Origin: an uncultured Chloroflexia bacterium
GTDB lineage: Bacteria; Chloroflexota; Limnocylindria; Limnocylindrales; CSP1-4
DNA length: 64,000 nt
Direction of reading: 5' to 3'
Assembly (NCBI GenBank): GCA_963759135.1
Contig: CAVWXU010000002.1
Location: 2,360-66,359, forward strand
Shown here: in pieces, positions 48,098 through 57,166 of the stretch
Position numbering within the stretch: the first letter of the stretch is position 1
Layout: every line of letters starts with the position of its first letter
The notes under the pieces: model-generated
Database searches by the model: none
The model's input: only the letters and a program-made list of their open reading frames with translations
What the model was told of the DNA's origin: nothing
Program-made: the position numbers and the translations under genes

Positions 48098-49948
48098 GTG
48101 GCGATCGATCCCAACCAGGAGTTCCTCGTCCAGCCAGTCGACGCCTCCTGGCTGCAGTGCAACATCGAATGCCAGGAGGCGTGCCCGGTCGGCACCAACT
48201 GCCGCGGGTATCTCAACCTCGCCGCGGAGGGCCGCTTCGAGGAGGGCTACATCCTGGCCCGCGATCCCAACCCCGTCGCGGCCATGTGCGCCTACGTGTG
48301 CTCGGCGCCGTGCGAGCGCGCGTGCCGGCGCGGCGACATCGATCGCCCGCTGGCGATCCGCGCCATGAAGCGGTTCCTGACCGAGTGGCACGCCGCCTCC
48401 GGCATTCCCGACGAGATACCGGTCGTCACGCCTCGCGACGAGACCGTCGCCGTGGTCGGCGCGGGCCCCGCCGGCCTGTCGGTCGCCCGCGAGCTGGCGA
48501 CGGCCGGCTACCAGGTCGAGGTCTTCGACGAGCTGCCGTACGCGGGCGGGACCATGCTCATCGGGGTCCCCGCCTTCCGCCTCCCGCGCGAAGCGATCGA
48601 GATGGACGTGCGCCTGATCGAGCGACTGGGTGTCCGCTTCCGCTACAACACCCGCATCGGCCGCGACGTGTCGTTCGAAGCGTTGCTGGAGCGCTTCGAT
48701 GCCGTCGCGATCACCGCCGGCGCGATGGAGCCGGTTCCCCTCGACCTGCCCGGACGCGATCTCGAGGGCGTCCAGTACGGGGTCGAGTACATGCGCAAGG
48801 CCAACCTCGGCGAGCCGCTCGAAGTGGGACGCGACGTCGTGGTGATCGGCGGCGGATACACGGCCATGGACTGCTCGCGGACCAGCCTGCGGTACGGGGC
48901 GGAGCGCGTGACCATCGCCTACCGCCGCACCCGTTCCGAGCTGGTGGTCGACGAGGAGGAGCTGGGCGAGACGGAGCGCGAGGGCGTCCGCATGGAGTTC
49001 CTCGTCAGCCCCGTCGAGCTGATCGGGGAGAGCGGGCGGCTGACCGGCGTCAGGATGATTCGCAACCGGCTCGGGGAGCCCGACGCGACCGGCCGGCGCT
49101 CGCCCGTGCCGATACCGGGCACCGAGTTCGTCATTCCCGCGGAAACCGTCATCCCGGCCGTCAGCCAGGCCGCCGACACCACGTTCCTGCCGGTCGAGTC
49201 GAGGTTCGAGGTCGCCCGGGGGCGCATCAAGGTCGATCCGGGCACCTACGCCACCAACGTCAAGGGCGTCTTCGCCTGCGGCGATTTCGTGACCGGCCCG
49301 ACCACGCTCATCGAGGCCGCGGGTCACGGCAAGAAGTGCGCGTACGCCATCGACCGGTACCTGTCCGGGCGCTCGCAGGTCGAGATCCGGGCCGGCGTGC
49401 GGGTGATCAGCTCCTGGCGCCACGAGATGCCCGAGTTCTGGGACACGATCCCGCGGCAGCACGTGCCGATGGTGTCGCCGGCGGCGCGCATGCCATCGAC
49501 CGACCCGTCCGTCAACTTCGCGCAGCCCGTCGAGCGCGGCTACGGCGCGACCGAGGCCGTCGCCGAGTCCACCCGCTGCCTGATGTGCAACTACAACATC
49601 TGGTTCGACCCGTTCCGTTGCGTCCTCTGCGGCGCGTGCGCGGACGTGTGCCCCGAGGGCGTCATCCACATGATCGACGTCAGCCAGATGAAGTCCGAGG
49701 AGGCGCTTCCCGAGCTGGTGGAGGCATACGGCTGGCAGACCGGCGCGGCGATGGTCCTCGACGAAGAGCGGTGCATCCGGTGCGCCCTGTGCGTCACGCG
49801 ATGCCCCTACGACGCGATCACGATGGAGCGGTTCGAACTCCAGGAAGTCAGCAGCGACGGGTGGCTCTACAAGGAGAGCTATCGCGATGCCCAGCTCGGA
49901 CTGTTCGGCCTTGACAACCAGCCGGTGACCGGAGGTGGCGGCAGGTGA
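48098..49948 (+). CDS. GltD-like NAD(P)H-dependent flavoprotein oxidoreductase with C-terminal 2x[4Fe-4S] ferredoxin domain
   Basis: GTG 48098 follows a GGAGAG RBS. The N-terminal Fe-S region is CNIECQEACPVG...CAYVCSAPCERAC. The dinucleotide folds are VAVVGAGPAGL and VVVIGGGYTAMD. The C-terminus is CLMCNYN...CVLCGACADVCP...CIRCALCVTRCP. No TM helix is present. Confidence 0.85.
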   Translation: MAIDPNQEFLVQPVDASWLQCNIECQEACPVGTNCRGYLNLAAEGRFEEGYILARDPNPVAAMCAYVCSAPCERACRRGDIDRPLAIRAMKRFLTEWHAASGIPDEIPVVTPRDETVAVVGAGPAGLSVARELATAGYQVEVFDELPYAGGTMLIGVPAFRLPREAIEMDVRLIERLGVRFRYNTRIGRDVSFEALLERFDAVAITAGAMEPVPLDLPGRDLEGVQYGVEYMRKANLGEPLEVGRDVVVIGGGYTAMDCSRTSLRYGAERVTIAYRRTRSELVVDEEELGETEREGVRMEFLVSPVELIGESGRLTGVRMIRNRLGEPDATGRRSPVPIPGTEFVIPAETVIPAVSQAADTTFLPVESRFEVARGRIKVDPGTYATNVKGVFACGDFVTGPTTLIEAAGHGKKCAYAIDRYLSGRSQVEIRAGVRVISSWRHEMPEFWDTIPRQHVPMVSPAARMPSTDPSVNFAQPVERGYGATEAVAESTRCLMCNYNIWFDPFRCVLCGACADVCPEGVIHMIDVSQMKSEEALPELVEAYGWQTGAAMVLDEERCIRCALCVTRCPYDAITMERFELQEVSSDGWLYKESYRDAQLGLFGLDNQPVTGGGGR

Positions 49949-50673
49949 GCTTCCTCGAGCGGGTCGACCAGTCGATCCGCCGCAGCGCGGTCTGGCGCTC
50001 GGTATTCCGGCAGGCCTACCCCACCGACGAGCGCTCGCGGGCGATGGCGGTCATGAACAACGTGTTCCTGCACCTCCACCCGGTGCGGGTGCGCCAGCAC
50101 GCGGTGAAGTTCGCCTACACCTTCTGCCTCGGCGGGCTGTCGTTCTTCCTGTTCCTGGTCCTGGTCGTGACCGGCGTCTACCTCATGTTCTTCTACGTTC
50201 CCTCCGCCACGCAGGCCTACACCGACATCCTGCAGATCCAGTCGCAGGTGGTGTTCGGACTCCTGACCCGCAACATCCACCGCTGGGCGGCCCACCTGAT
50301 GGTGTTCTTCGTCTTCCTGCACATGATGCGGGTCTTCTACCACGGGGCGTACAAGCCGCCGCGCGAGTTCAACTGGGTCGTCGGCGTCGTGCTGCTGTTC
50401 CTGACGCTGATGCTGTCGTTCACCGGCTACCTGCTGCCGTGGGACCAGATCGCGTACTGGGCCATTACGATCGGCACCAACATGGCCAACTACGCGCCGC
50501 TGTTCAACAAGCCGTCCCAGCTCATCCTGCTCGGTGGGATCGAGGTGGGGCAGAACACGCTGCTCCGCTTCTACGTGCTCCACATCATGGCGTTCCCGCT
50601 GATCGCCGCCGTCTTCATGGCCGTCCACTTCTGGCGGATCCGGAAGGACGGCGGGATCTCCGGCCCGCTGTGA
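49945..50673 (+). CDS. petB: cytochrome b6-type (N-terminal cytochrome b, 4 TM)
   Basis: The GTG overlaps the upstream TGA. The heme His pairs are HRWAAHLMVFFVFLH and HIMAFPLIAAVFMAVH. The heme-ci Cys context is FCLGG, and the C-terminus is WRIRKDGGISGPL. Confidence 0.9.
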   Translation: MSFLERVDQSIRRSAVWRSVFRQAYPTDERSRAMAVMNNVFLHLHPVRVRQHAVKFAYTFCLGGLSFFLFLVLVVTGVYLMFFYVPSATQAYTDILQIQSQVVFGLLTRNIHRWAAHLMVFFVFLHMMRVFYHGAYKPPREFNWVVGVVLLFLTLMLSFTGYLLPWDQIAYWAITIGTNMANYAPLFNKPSQLILLGGIEVGQNTLLRFYVLHIMAFPLIAAVFMAVHFWRIRKDGGISGPL

Positions 50674-50694
50674 CGGGCGATCGCGGAGACTGAG

Positions 50695-51300
50695 ATGACC
50701 GAGACTCGACTCCCCCAGCGGAGCACGACGCCCGCGGCGCCCCCGGAGCGGCGCACGACCGAGATCGACAAGCAGCGCGTGCCGATGGCGGCCAAGCCGT
50801 ACCGGTTGCTTGCGCTCGTCAAGCAGGACGCCGTCGTGCGGGTGCAGAAGGAGCCGGACGACACCGTCCTGACCTGGCCCCACCTGCTGGCCATCGAGTT
50901 CTTCGCGGCCGCCATGATCAGCATCTTCCTGCTCTTCATGGGCGTCTTCGTCAACGCGCCGCTCGAGGACCTGGCCAACGGCAACGTGACGCCGGAGGTG
51001 GCCAAGGCGCCCTGGTACTTCGTCGGGCTGCAGGAGCTGCTGACCGCGTTCCACCCCACCGTGGCGGGCGTCCTGGTGCCGACGTTCGTGCTGGTTGGGG
51101 CTGCGCTCATCCCCTTCATCGACCGCGGTCCCGACGGCACCGGGGGCTCGCACCGGCCGTCCGACCGGAAGGTCGGCGTCATGCTCTTCTCCTACATCGC
51201 GATCTTCGGGCTCTTCCTCACCTTCGTCGGCGCCTTCTTCCGCGGTCCCGGCTACGCCTTCGTGCTGCCGTGGGTCAGCGGGCTGCACTTCGCGCTGTGA
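50695..51300 (+). CDS. petD: cytochrome b C-terminal part / subunit IV
   Basis: It has 3 TM helices. The Qo-site region TPEVAKAPWYFVGLQELL corresponds to TPLEILPEWYFFP of b6f subunit IV. Confidence 0.8.
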   Translation: MTETRLPQRSTTPAAPPERRTTEIDKQRVPMAAKPYRLLALVKQDAVVRVQKEPDDTVLTWPHLLAIEFFAAAMISIFLLFMGVFVNAPLEDLANGNVTPEVAKAPWYFVGLQELLTAFHPTVAGVLVPTFVLVGAALIPFIDRGPDGTGGSHRPSDRKVGVMLFSYIAIFGLFLTFVGAFFRGPGYAFVLPWVSGLHFAL

Positions 51301-51362
51301 ACGCAGCGAACGAGGAAGGGCGATGATGTCGGCCGCGCGTCTCCCGGGAGGACCGTCGCCTC

Positions 51363-52031
51363 ATGGGTAACTGGAAGCTCGCCGTCTCCGAACAGCCGCG
51401 TGCGCTGACGCCAGAGGTGCTGAAGTCGATGCGGTCCGGCCGCTCCGCCGGGCTGTCCCGCCGCCAGCTGCTGCGACGATCGCTCGGGGCGGCCGTGGGC
51501 CTCTGGCTGGCCGAGGTGCTCGGCGGGACGCTCGGCTTCCTGTGGCCCAACCTCGCGGGCGGCTTCGGAGGCACGGTCGAGATCGGGGATATCAAGACCG
51601 TGGCCGCCTCGCCGGCCAACAGCGCCGCGAAGTTCAGCGACGGCGCGCCGGCCTACTTCCAGAGCGCCCAGACGTACATCATGATGCTCGACCCGAGCCG
51701 GGGCTTCGTGCCCGGAGACAACCCGCTCGGTGACGGTGCCAGCACGAACGTGCGAACGCTCTGGCAGCGCTGCACGCACCTCGGCTGCAAGCCGAACTTC
51801 TGCCCCAGCAACTTCTGGTTCGAGTGCCCCTGCCACGGCTCCCGCTACGACCGGCTCGGCATCAAGGTCGCCGAGCTGGGGCCGGCCCCGCGGAGTCTCG
51901 ACCGCTTCGCCTCCACCATCGACTCCAACGGCATCCTCACGATCGATACCGGGAAGATCACCCTGGGTCCGCTTCCAGTCTCGATCGGCCAGCCCGGACT
52001 GATCCCGGCCAAGGGTCCGGGCTGCCTGTGA
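51363..52031 (+). CDS. Rieske [2Fe-2S] subunit
   Basis: A Tat-like motif SRRQLLRRSLGAAVG is present. The cluster boxes are CTHLGC and CPCHGS. Confidence 0.9.
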   Translation: MGNWKLAVSEQPRALTPEVLKSMRSGRSAGLSRRQLLRRSLGAAVGLWLAEVLGGTLGFLWPNLAGGFGGTVEIGDIKTVAASPANSAAKFSDGAPAYFQSAQTYIMMLDPSRGFVPGDNPLGDGASTNVRTLWQRCTHLGCKPNFCPSNFWFECPCHGSRYDRLGIKVAELGPAPRSLDRFASTIDSNGILTIDTGKITLGPLPVSIGQPGLIPAKGPGCL

Positions 52032-53173
52032 GTGGAACCGGCGATCACCGCACCGGGCGCGAACTGGAGCCGCGACCCCCCACGGAGGCGGGCGTCGAGC
52101 GCTTCTCGGCCCCCGACACCGCCCACACCGTCGGGCTCAGCGAGGAGCGCGCCGCGCAGATCGTGCGGCAGACGGGCAACGCCCGTGCCATCGCCTTCCT
52201 CGCCGTCCTGGTCATTGCGTTGTTCATCCCCATCTACTGGTTCTACGACCTGGGCGTCCCGGCAGTGGCGAACACGAGCCGCCTGGCGAAGGAGGCCCAG
52301 GCCCAGCAGGTCACCGCGATCCAGGCCGGCGAGCAGCTGTTCCTGTCGAACTGCGCCCGGTGCCACGGCGACCAGGGCCAGGGCGGCATCGGGCCGCCCC
52401 TCAACGACCAGGGCAAGCTGTACAACGCCGTGACGCCGGCGGGCGCCCCGGGAGCCGGGCACCTGAACCCGAACTACATCCGGAACGTGCTCACGGTGGG
52501 CGGTCGCTACGTGTGCGGCGACCCGAACAGCCTCATGCCCATCTGGTCCGACGTCAACGGCGGCCCGCTCAACTACGTGCAGATCGACGACCTGATCGCC
52601 TTCATCACGGCCAGCAAGGACGTGAGCTGGGTCTACCAGCCCGTCGCGTCCCCGGGGCAGACGGCCGGCCCGTCCGCCATCCACCAGGGCTGGCGCGACC
52701 CCACGTACGTGCCGCCTCCCGGCGCCACGCCCGTGCCCGCCTGCTGGCGGAATCCCAGCGGTCAGATCGGCCCGGGCGCAGCGCCTGCATCCTCGAGCAC
52801 CGCGGCCGGGTCTCCGCCGCCCATCGCCAGCCCCGGCACGGCGCAGAGCCCGCGCGTGATCAAGCTCGACGAGACCGCGCAGCTGGAGATCACGGACCCC
52901 AGCGGCCAGCAGGCGTCCACGATCTACGTCAAGAAGGGCGAGACGGTGCGCTTCGAGATCACCAACACCGCCAACTTCACGCACAACTTCTACGTCGGGC
53001 TGGTCTCCGACCTTCAGGCCGCCAACACAGCCGCGCTCAAGGGTGTCCCTGACTTCTCGTCCGGAACCGAGACTCTTGACTACACCTTCGACCAGGACGG
53101 GCAGTTCGGCTTCGGATGCCTGGTGCCCGGGCACTACACGACCATGCACGGCACGATCCAGATCGAGCCGTAG
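52028..53173 (+). CDS. membrane-anchored cytochrome c fused to a C-terminal cupredoxin (type-1 copper) domain
   Basis: The GTG overlaps the Rieske TGA. The TM anchor is AIAFLAVLVIALFIPIYWFY, the heme motif is CARCH, and the likely distal Met lies in SLMPIW. A P/S/A linker precedes the cupredoxin domain FTHNFY...GCLVPGHYTTM. Confidence 0.8.
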   Translation: MSGTGDHRTGRELEPRPPTEAGVERFSAPDTAHTVGLSEERAAQIVRQTGNARAIAFLAVLVIALFIPIYWFYDLGVPAVANTSRLAKEAQAQQVTAIQAGEQLFLSNCARCHGDQGQGGIGPPLNDQGKLYNAVTPAGAPGAGHLNPNYIRNVLTVGGRYVCGDPNSLMPIWSDVNGGPLNYVQIDDLIAFITASKDVSWVYQPVASPGQTAGPSAIHQGWRDPTYVPPPGATPVPACWRNPSGQIGPGAAPASSSTAAGSPPPIASPGTAQSPRVIKLDETAQLEITDPSGQQASTIYVKKGETVRFEITNTANFTHNFYVGLVSDLQAANTAALKGVPDFSSGTETLDYTFDQDGQFGFGCLVPGHYTTMHGTIQIEP

Positions 53174-53185
53174 ATCGAGCCGTAG
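53162..53185. repeat. perfect 12-bp tandem duplication (ATCGAGCCGTAG x2) including the stop codon of the cytochrome c gene
   Basis: Read directly. The first copy encodes I-E-P-stop. Confidence 0.95.
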
Positions 53186-53214
53186 TCGGATCGCGCAGGG
53201 GAGCAGGAGGAGAC

Positions 53215-54726
53215 GTGGCGGAGCGGGCATTGCCGCCCGGCGGCGGCCGCAGGCGGGCCTTCTTCGGCGCGCTCGACGCCGACGGCTGGACGTGGGCCGG
53301 GATCAAGGCGCTGGGCTGGTTCGTCGTGCTGGTCCTGGTGCTTGGCTACCTGCCCGACCGCGCCTACTACTTCACGGTGTTCCCGACCATCGACCTCGGG
53401 GCGAACATCGTGAGCCCGATCAACCTCTGCCCACCCGACAACGCCGACCTGCCCTGCCCGGCTCCCGTCGGATCGCTCATCCCATGGCAGGGGAACCCGC
53501 CGCAGCTGTCGCTCCCCGAGGGACGCGTCGACGCGGTCGCGATCACGGCCGGGACGAGCATGTACGTCGCCGGCGGCAGCGGCCCCGGCGGGGCCAGCGC
53601 CTCGGTGTTCCAGACCACGGTCAGCGCCCAGGGCAACCTCTCGCCGTGGAAGACCGCGGCGGCCCTCCCGGCGCCGCGCGCGGGCGCGGCCGAGGCCACG
53701 ATCTCCGGCACGACGCTCCTCATCGGCGGGGCCGACCAGGGGGGCAAGGCGTCCGACGCGGTCTACGAGGCCGTCCTCGACGCCAACGGCGCGCTGACTG
53801 GCTGGAAGCCGCTCCCTGCTCTGACCCTTCCCAAGCCCCTGGCCGGCGCGGCGGCGGTCGTCGGGCCGACGAGCGTCTGGCTCCTGGGGGGCCGGGACGC
53901 CACCGGTGCGTACAGCCGCTCCGTCTACCGCTCCATCGCGGATGCGACCTCGGGCGCGCTGGGTCCCTGGAAGGAGCAGCCGGCGCTGGTCCTCCCCGCG
54001 GGGCGAGCGTTCGCAGTCGGCGCCGAGGTCGGCAACTTCCTCTACCTGGCGGGGGGCCAGGATGCGCACGGCGCGCAGGCGAGCGTCTTCCGCCTCTCGC
54101 TCGACTCGAAGGGCGAGCCTGCCGTCGACGCGGCGACGAACGGCGTGCTCGGCTGGAACGTCAGCCGTCAGTCGCAGTCCCTGCCGGCACCCCGGACCGA
54201 TGCCTCAGGGTTCGTGGCAAACGGCTCGCTCTACGTGGTGGGCGGCCGAGATGCGGCCGGAACGCCGACGGACTCGTTCTACTGGGCCACCCCGGACGCC
54301 GCCGGCGACCTGGCCGGTGGGTGGCAGCAGCTGGCGCAGGACAACCTGGCGGCGGCCGGGCAGGCAGGCCGGGTCTCCGAGCCGAGAGCCGGCGCGGCGG
54401 CGGTGGTGACGAGCGGCCAGGCGTTCCTGATCGGTGGCGCGGGTATCGGCGGACCGTCGGCAGCCACACTCCGCAGCGACATCTCGCCGAGGCCGCCGTT
54501 CTTCGCGCTGGGCCTGGTGGGCGCCACCATCCCGGCGCTCTCGATCAAGGGGGACATCGGCCAGCAGCTGGGGTACGTCGACGCCAGCGTCGTGGGCGGC
54601 ACGGACTTCGCGCTGCTCATCCTCATCGGCGTGGCGTTCTCCCACCGGCGCGCCACGCGGCGGTTCTTCTCGCGGCTCACCCGCGGCCGGGTGCACCCGC
54701 CACTCGAGGACGAGTACCCGGGCTGA
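53215..54726 (+). CDS. Kelch-repeat beta-propeller membrane protein
   Basis: GTG 53215 follows a GGAGGA RBS. It has an N-terminal TM, five to six repeats of the type LPAPRAGAAA..G..LYV.GG.D, and C-terminal TM helices. Confidence 0.7.
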   Translation: MAERALPPGGGRRRAFFGALDADGWTWAGIKALGWFVVLVLVLGYLPDRAYYFTVFPTIDLGANIVSPINLCPPDNADLPCPAPVGSLIPWQGNPPQLSLPEGRVDAVAITAGTSMYVAGGSGPGGASASVFQTTVSAQGNLSPWKTAAALPAPRAGAAEATISGTTLLIGGADQGGKASDAVYEAVLDANGALTGWKPLPALTLPKPLAGAAAVVGPTSVWLLGGRDATGAYSRSVYRSIADATSGALGPWKEQPALVLPAGRAFAVGAEVGNFLYLAGGQDAHGAQASVFRLSLDSKGEPAVDAATNGVLGWNVSRQSQSLPAPRTDASGFVANGSLYVVGGRDAAGTPTDSFYWATPDAAGDLAGGWQQLAQDNLAAAGQAGRVSEPRAGAAAVVTSGQAFLIGGAGIGGPSAATLRSDISPRPPFFALGLVGATIPALSIKGDIGQQLGYVDASVVGGTDFALLILIGVAFSHRRATRRFFSRLTRGRVHPPLEDEYPG

Positions 54727-54727
54727 C

Positions 54728-55477
54728 TCAGGAAGGCGCCGGCGTCACCTGCGGGGTGGCCGAAGGGCCCGACGATGGGCGCAGCGACGGGCCCGCTGAA
54801 GGCCCCGCTGAAGGGCCCGCCGAGGGACCTGGTCCCGCGGCGCCGGCGAGGGCCGCGTCGATCGCCGCGGAAACGGCCTGCAGGCCCCACGATCCGAGCG
54901 TCGTGCCGTTGACGATGAGCGTCGGCGTCTGGTGGATCCCCGCCTGCAACGCCGCGGCCGTGTCGGCCTGCACCGCTTTCGCCTGCGCCGGATCGGCGAT
55001 GCAGGAATCGAACGTGGTGCGGTTGATGCCGATCCGCTCGGCGATGGCGTCGAACAGGGTGCGGTTGTACGTACCGCCGTTCTCCGCGGGCCCCTGGTTC
55101 GCGAACAGGTACTCCTGGTAGGACCAGAACCTGCCCTGGGCCTCGGCGCACCGCGCGGCTACCGCCGCCTGGATCGACTCGTTCTTCGCCGGGTCGGAGC
55201 CCGTGCCCAGGAACGCCAGGTCGTGGAACACCATCCTGGCCGAGCCCGGACGCACGTACTGGTTCACCAGTCGCGGCTCGACCTGCTCCGCGTAGGCCCG
55301 GCAGTTCGGGCACTGGTAGTCGGCGTAGACGTCGATGGTCACCTTCGCGTCGGCGCTTCCGAGCGCCATGCCACTCGCCAGCGACGCGGGCGCGGGCTCG
55401 GCCGGGGCGACGAGGTGCGCAGCGGACGGAGGCTGGTTGAGGAGCAGGTTCGCGGCAATGGCGACGATGCCGATCAC
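54728..55477 (-). CDS. DsbA-family thiol:disulfide oxidoreductase
   Basis: The thioredoxin-fold CxxC is YADYQCPNCRAY, and the C-terminus has a GPSA x3 repeat tail. The TM segment continues upstream of GTG 55477 without a start codon, so the N-terminus may be frame-disrupted. Confidence 0.8.
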   Translation of the reverse strand: MIGIVAIAANLLLNQPPSAAHLVAPAEPAPASLASGMALGSADAKVTIDVYADYQCPNCRAYAEQVEPRLVNQYVRPGSARMVFHDLAFLGTGSDPAKNESIQAAVAARCAEAQGRFWSYQEYLFANQGPAENGGTYNRTLFDAIAERIGINRTTFDSCIADPAQAKAVQADTAAALQAGIHQTPTLIVNGTTLGSWGLQAVSAAIDAALAGAAGPGPSAGPSAGPSAGPSLRPSSGPSATPQVTPAPS

Positions 55478-55841
55478 GACGGCTCCGGCCGTGATCAGCG
55501 ACCATCGGTGAGCGTGCCAGGGCCGCCAGGCGGGACGGCTGCGCGGGCGTCCGCCGCCTCGTCGGAGCAGCGGACCGGCCCGCGGCGGTGCCTCGACCCT
55601 CTCGTTCCTCGGCTCGACGCTGCTTCCGGTTCGCGGGGTTCCGGTTCGGTCGCTGTGCGTTCAGTGGACGTGCCTCCTTCCCTTCCCTCCGTCCGGGAGG
55701 GTCGCGTGGGAGGCACGCACCGTCAAGGACTGGATGGCCCGGTCCGTCGCAGGTCGGTCACGGGGGCGGGTTGACGACGGTCAGGGCCGGCGACGGTCTG
55801 GGGGGCCGGCCGCCGACGGTCTGGGGGCCGGCTGCCGACGG

Positions 55842-57166
55842 TCAGGGCCGGCGACGGGCGAGCCAGGAATGCACACCCGGGCGGGTCGGGTCGGCGGGCC
55901 TGATGTCGCCCAGCCTGGCGTCGGTGGCCATCGCCTCGGGGACCCCGGTGCCCTCGACGAGCAGCCACCCGCCGGGTTCAAGCGCGTCCACGAGTGGGCC
56001 GACCAGGTCGACCGGACTCGCCGAGCGTCGCCGCGCCGTCCCACGCCGGCACGACCGCCAGGCGGAAGCGTTCGGCGGGGAGCTGGCGCACGGCCCCCGG
56101 GTCCGCCACGTGCCAGGAGAACCGGTCGGGGAGGGCCAGCTCCGATCGCGGCACCGGATCGGTTTCGAGCCACAGGGCCGGACCGGGCAGCGCGCGGTCG
56201 GATGCCTGGGCGAGCCACGCTGCCATCCGATCCTGCCGGAGGCGCTCGTCGCGGACCCGGGCCGCCTGCTCGACGTCCACCGCGGCGCGCAGCGCAGCCA
56301 CTCGAAGCGGCGAGCCGTCGGGACCGGCCGACAGCAGCGTGGCGCCGGCGTCCAGCAGCCGGGCCTCCGGCTGCGGCGATCCTTGGGGTTGGGGTGCTGC
56401 GGCCTCCAGCGGCAGGGCCGCGCCGAGTGCGATGGCGCCGCGCGGATCGAAGCAGCTCGAGCGCCGCGCGGGCGGCGTCGAGCCCAGCCATCGTGGCATC
56501 CCATGTGTCCGCCTCGATGAGCAGGCCCGCCGGCTCGAGCGGCGCGACCACCGACAGCCACGCGGACACCGGCTCGCCCGACGCCAGGGCGGTCCCGCGC
56601 TCGTCGAGCGTGACCCCAGTCCAGGTCTCGACGCCCGTTTCGATCGCGGCGATCGTCGCCGCCTCGCTTTCGGCGATCGTTTCGATGCGTTCGATGCGCA
56701 GCAGCCCGGCGCCCGCGTCCGCCAGCGCGCCCGCGTGTGCCCGGTGCTCGGCCGACGCGACGGCGACGTCCGGGGCGGCTTCCGGTCCGCCGTGCGGCTC
56801 CAGGGGCCACACGAGGCCGGCAACGCGAACGGGAGGGGCCGGCTCACCGGCCCGTTCCGGCCGGCCGGCATCCTCCGCACTTGCCGCCGCCTCTCGTGCC
56901 AGGTCCAGCGCCACGCCGATCCACTCCCGCACCCGCCGCGCGGCGCCGATCCGGGCGAGCGCGCGTCGGTGAAGGTCCCCCGTCATCGCGGTCACGACGT
57001 CCGAGCCGGCCAGGGCGGAACCGGCGTGGAACGTGCGAACGGCCTCGGCCTCCCGGACAGGCAGCGGCGGCGCACCCGGCGCCGGGCGCAGCGGGATGCC
57101 TCGCCGCTCGAGCTCCGGGCGGGGGTCGCCGTCCAGGACCAGGATCGGGCCCCTCGCGGGTGTCAC
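55842..57166 (-). pseudogene. homocysteine S-methyltransferase-like domain protein spread over three reading frames
   Basis: GTG 57166 overlaps the DUF2203 stop. Frame 1 carries VVTAMTGDL...VAGLVWPLEP...LLRIERIETIAES. Frames 2 and 3 continue with FDPRGAIALGAALPLE... and VDLVGPLVDALEPGGWLLVEGTG. The junctions are near 56450 and 56015. Confidence 0.35.

Noticed and set aside
56828-56841. CCGGCTCACC identical to the tRNA-Lys 3' acceptor region, as a possible att repeat. Also GGAATCCCAG at 63746-63755.
   Set aside because: The matches are only 9-10 nt, one lies on the wrong side of the tRNA inside a coding region, and short matches like this are expected by chance in GC-rich DNA.
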